A stretch of DNA of 64,000 bases from the human T2T-CHM13v2.0 reference genome, Homo sapiens, in the NCBI RefSeq assembly GCF_009914755.1, contig NC_060938.1, one strand, 5' to 3'. Below the pieces are notes generated by a model, which was given only the letters and a program-made list of their open reading frames with translations, was not told the origin of the DNA and ran no database searches. Position 1 is the first letter of the stretch; every line of letters begins with the position of its first letter. The translations under genes and the position numbers were made by a program. This document shows positions 63,333-64,000 of the stretch, piece by piece.

Positions 63333-63513
63333 TCAGTGCCTGGAGTTGGCTCCTATGGACCCACTGTTAAAATTTCGGGAATTGTGCAAGTGAGTGGAGG
63401 AGTATTTACAGCCATGGTGGGAGTATTTATGCCACAGAAATTGGCAAATGCGACAAATCAAGGTTACCCCCCACCCCCAGCTGATTGTTAAACATTTACC
63501 AGGACACCTGCTT
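63333..63513. mobile_element. MER63-type hAT element
   Basis: 'gccatggtgggagtatttatgccacagaaattggcaaatgcgacaaatc...gttaaacatttacca'. Confidence 0.75.
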
Positions 63514-64000
63514 GTGTTGTGGGCACTGAATACTTCTTTTTCTTTAAACTTAAATTTTCTTTTATCAAAGTAATACACATTTGAAAAGTCCAATTTTACC
63601 AAAAGGCTTAGAAGAGCACACAGAGGTTCCCTGCCCCGGCCCTCCCAATTCCTCCTTCAGTAACCATCCCCACTGACAGTATTTGCTCTGGCATTTACGC
63701 ATCTCCACATTTCTAAAAGAATATCTAGACACTATTGTCTTTTAATTAATCGACGTTTGCTGCTATCTTTTTTTGGTCCCATTATCGTATGTGAGGATTG
63801 AGCTCCCTTTCACGGCCAGCCCCTCTTCTCAAGATAGTTCTGTTTCAATTACCTGCTAAATCTACGTTTAGCATTGCCTCATTATGCCTTGCACATAGCG
63901 TTCACATCGAAGCACTGAAGTGTACTATGATTTTGTTTTCTTTCTTACTTTTTGGGTTTTACTGAGGTCATTGAGGTTAAGCACTCCTTGTTTTTCAATT

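Overview
Human (or closely related great-ape) genomic DNA, recognisable from the encoded proteins as the chr14q12 RIPK3-NFATC4-NYNRIN interval. It contains (i) the promoter and 20-nt first coding exon of RIPK3 on the minus strand at the left edge; (ii) the complete NFATC4 gene on the plus strand, where ten canonical coding exons splice by hand to a 2709-nt, 902-aa ORF, plus four alternative coding first exons and two poly(A) signals; (iii) the CpG-island promoter and first coding exon of NYNRIN at about 59.5-60.2 kb. The intergenic DNA is mostly retroelement and transposon debris: about 35 Alu copies or fragments, L1/L2/MIR remnants, MaLR/ERVL/ERV1 LTRs, MER20/MER44/MER63, two U6 retrocopies and a 93-bp AT-rich VNTR. 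Almost all other entries in the ORF track are spurious. I see no evidence of a new gene system. The most unusual structural signals are a ~155-bp inverted, microhomology-flanked copy of nearby DNA inside an MLT2 solo LTR, a double insertion with an orphan GC-rich fragment just past the NFATC4 poly(A) site, a young Alu with 3 of 5 Ya5 diagnostic bases, and the compound VNTR upstream of NFATC4. Repeat family names come from remembered consensus sequences and their boundaries are approximate.
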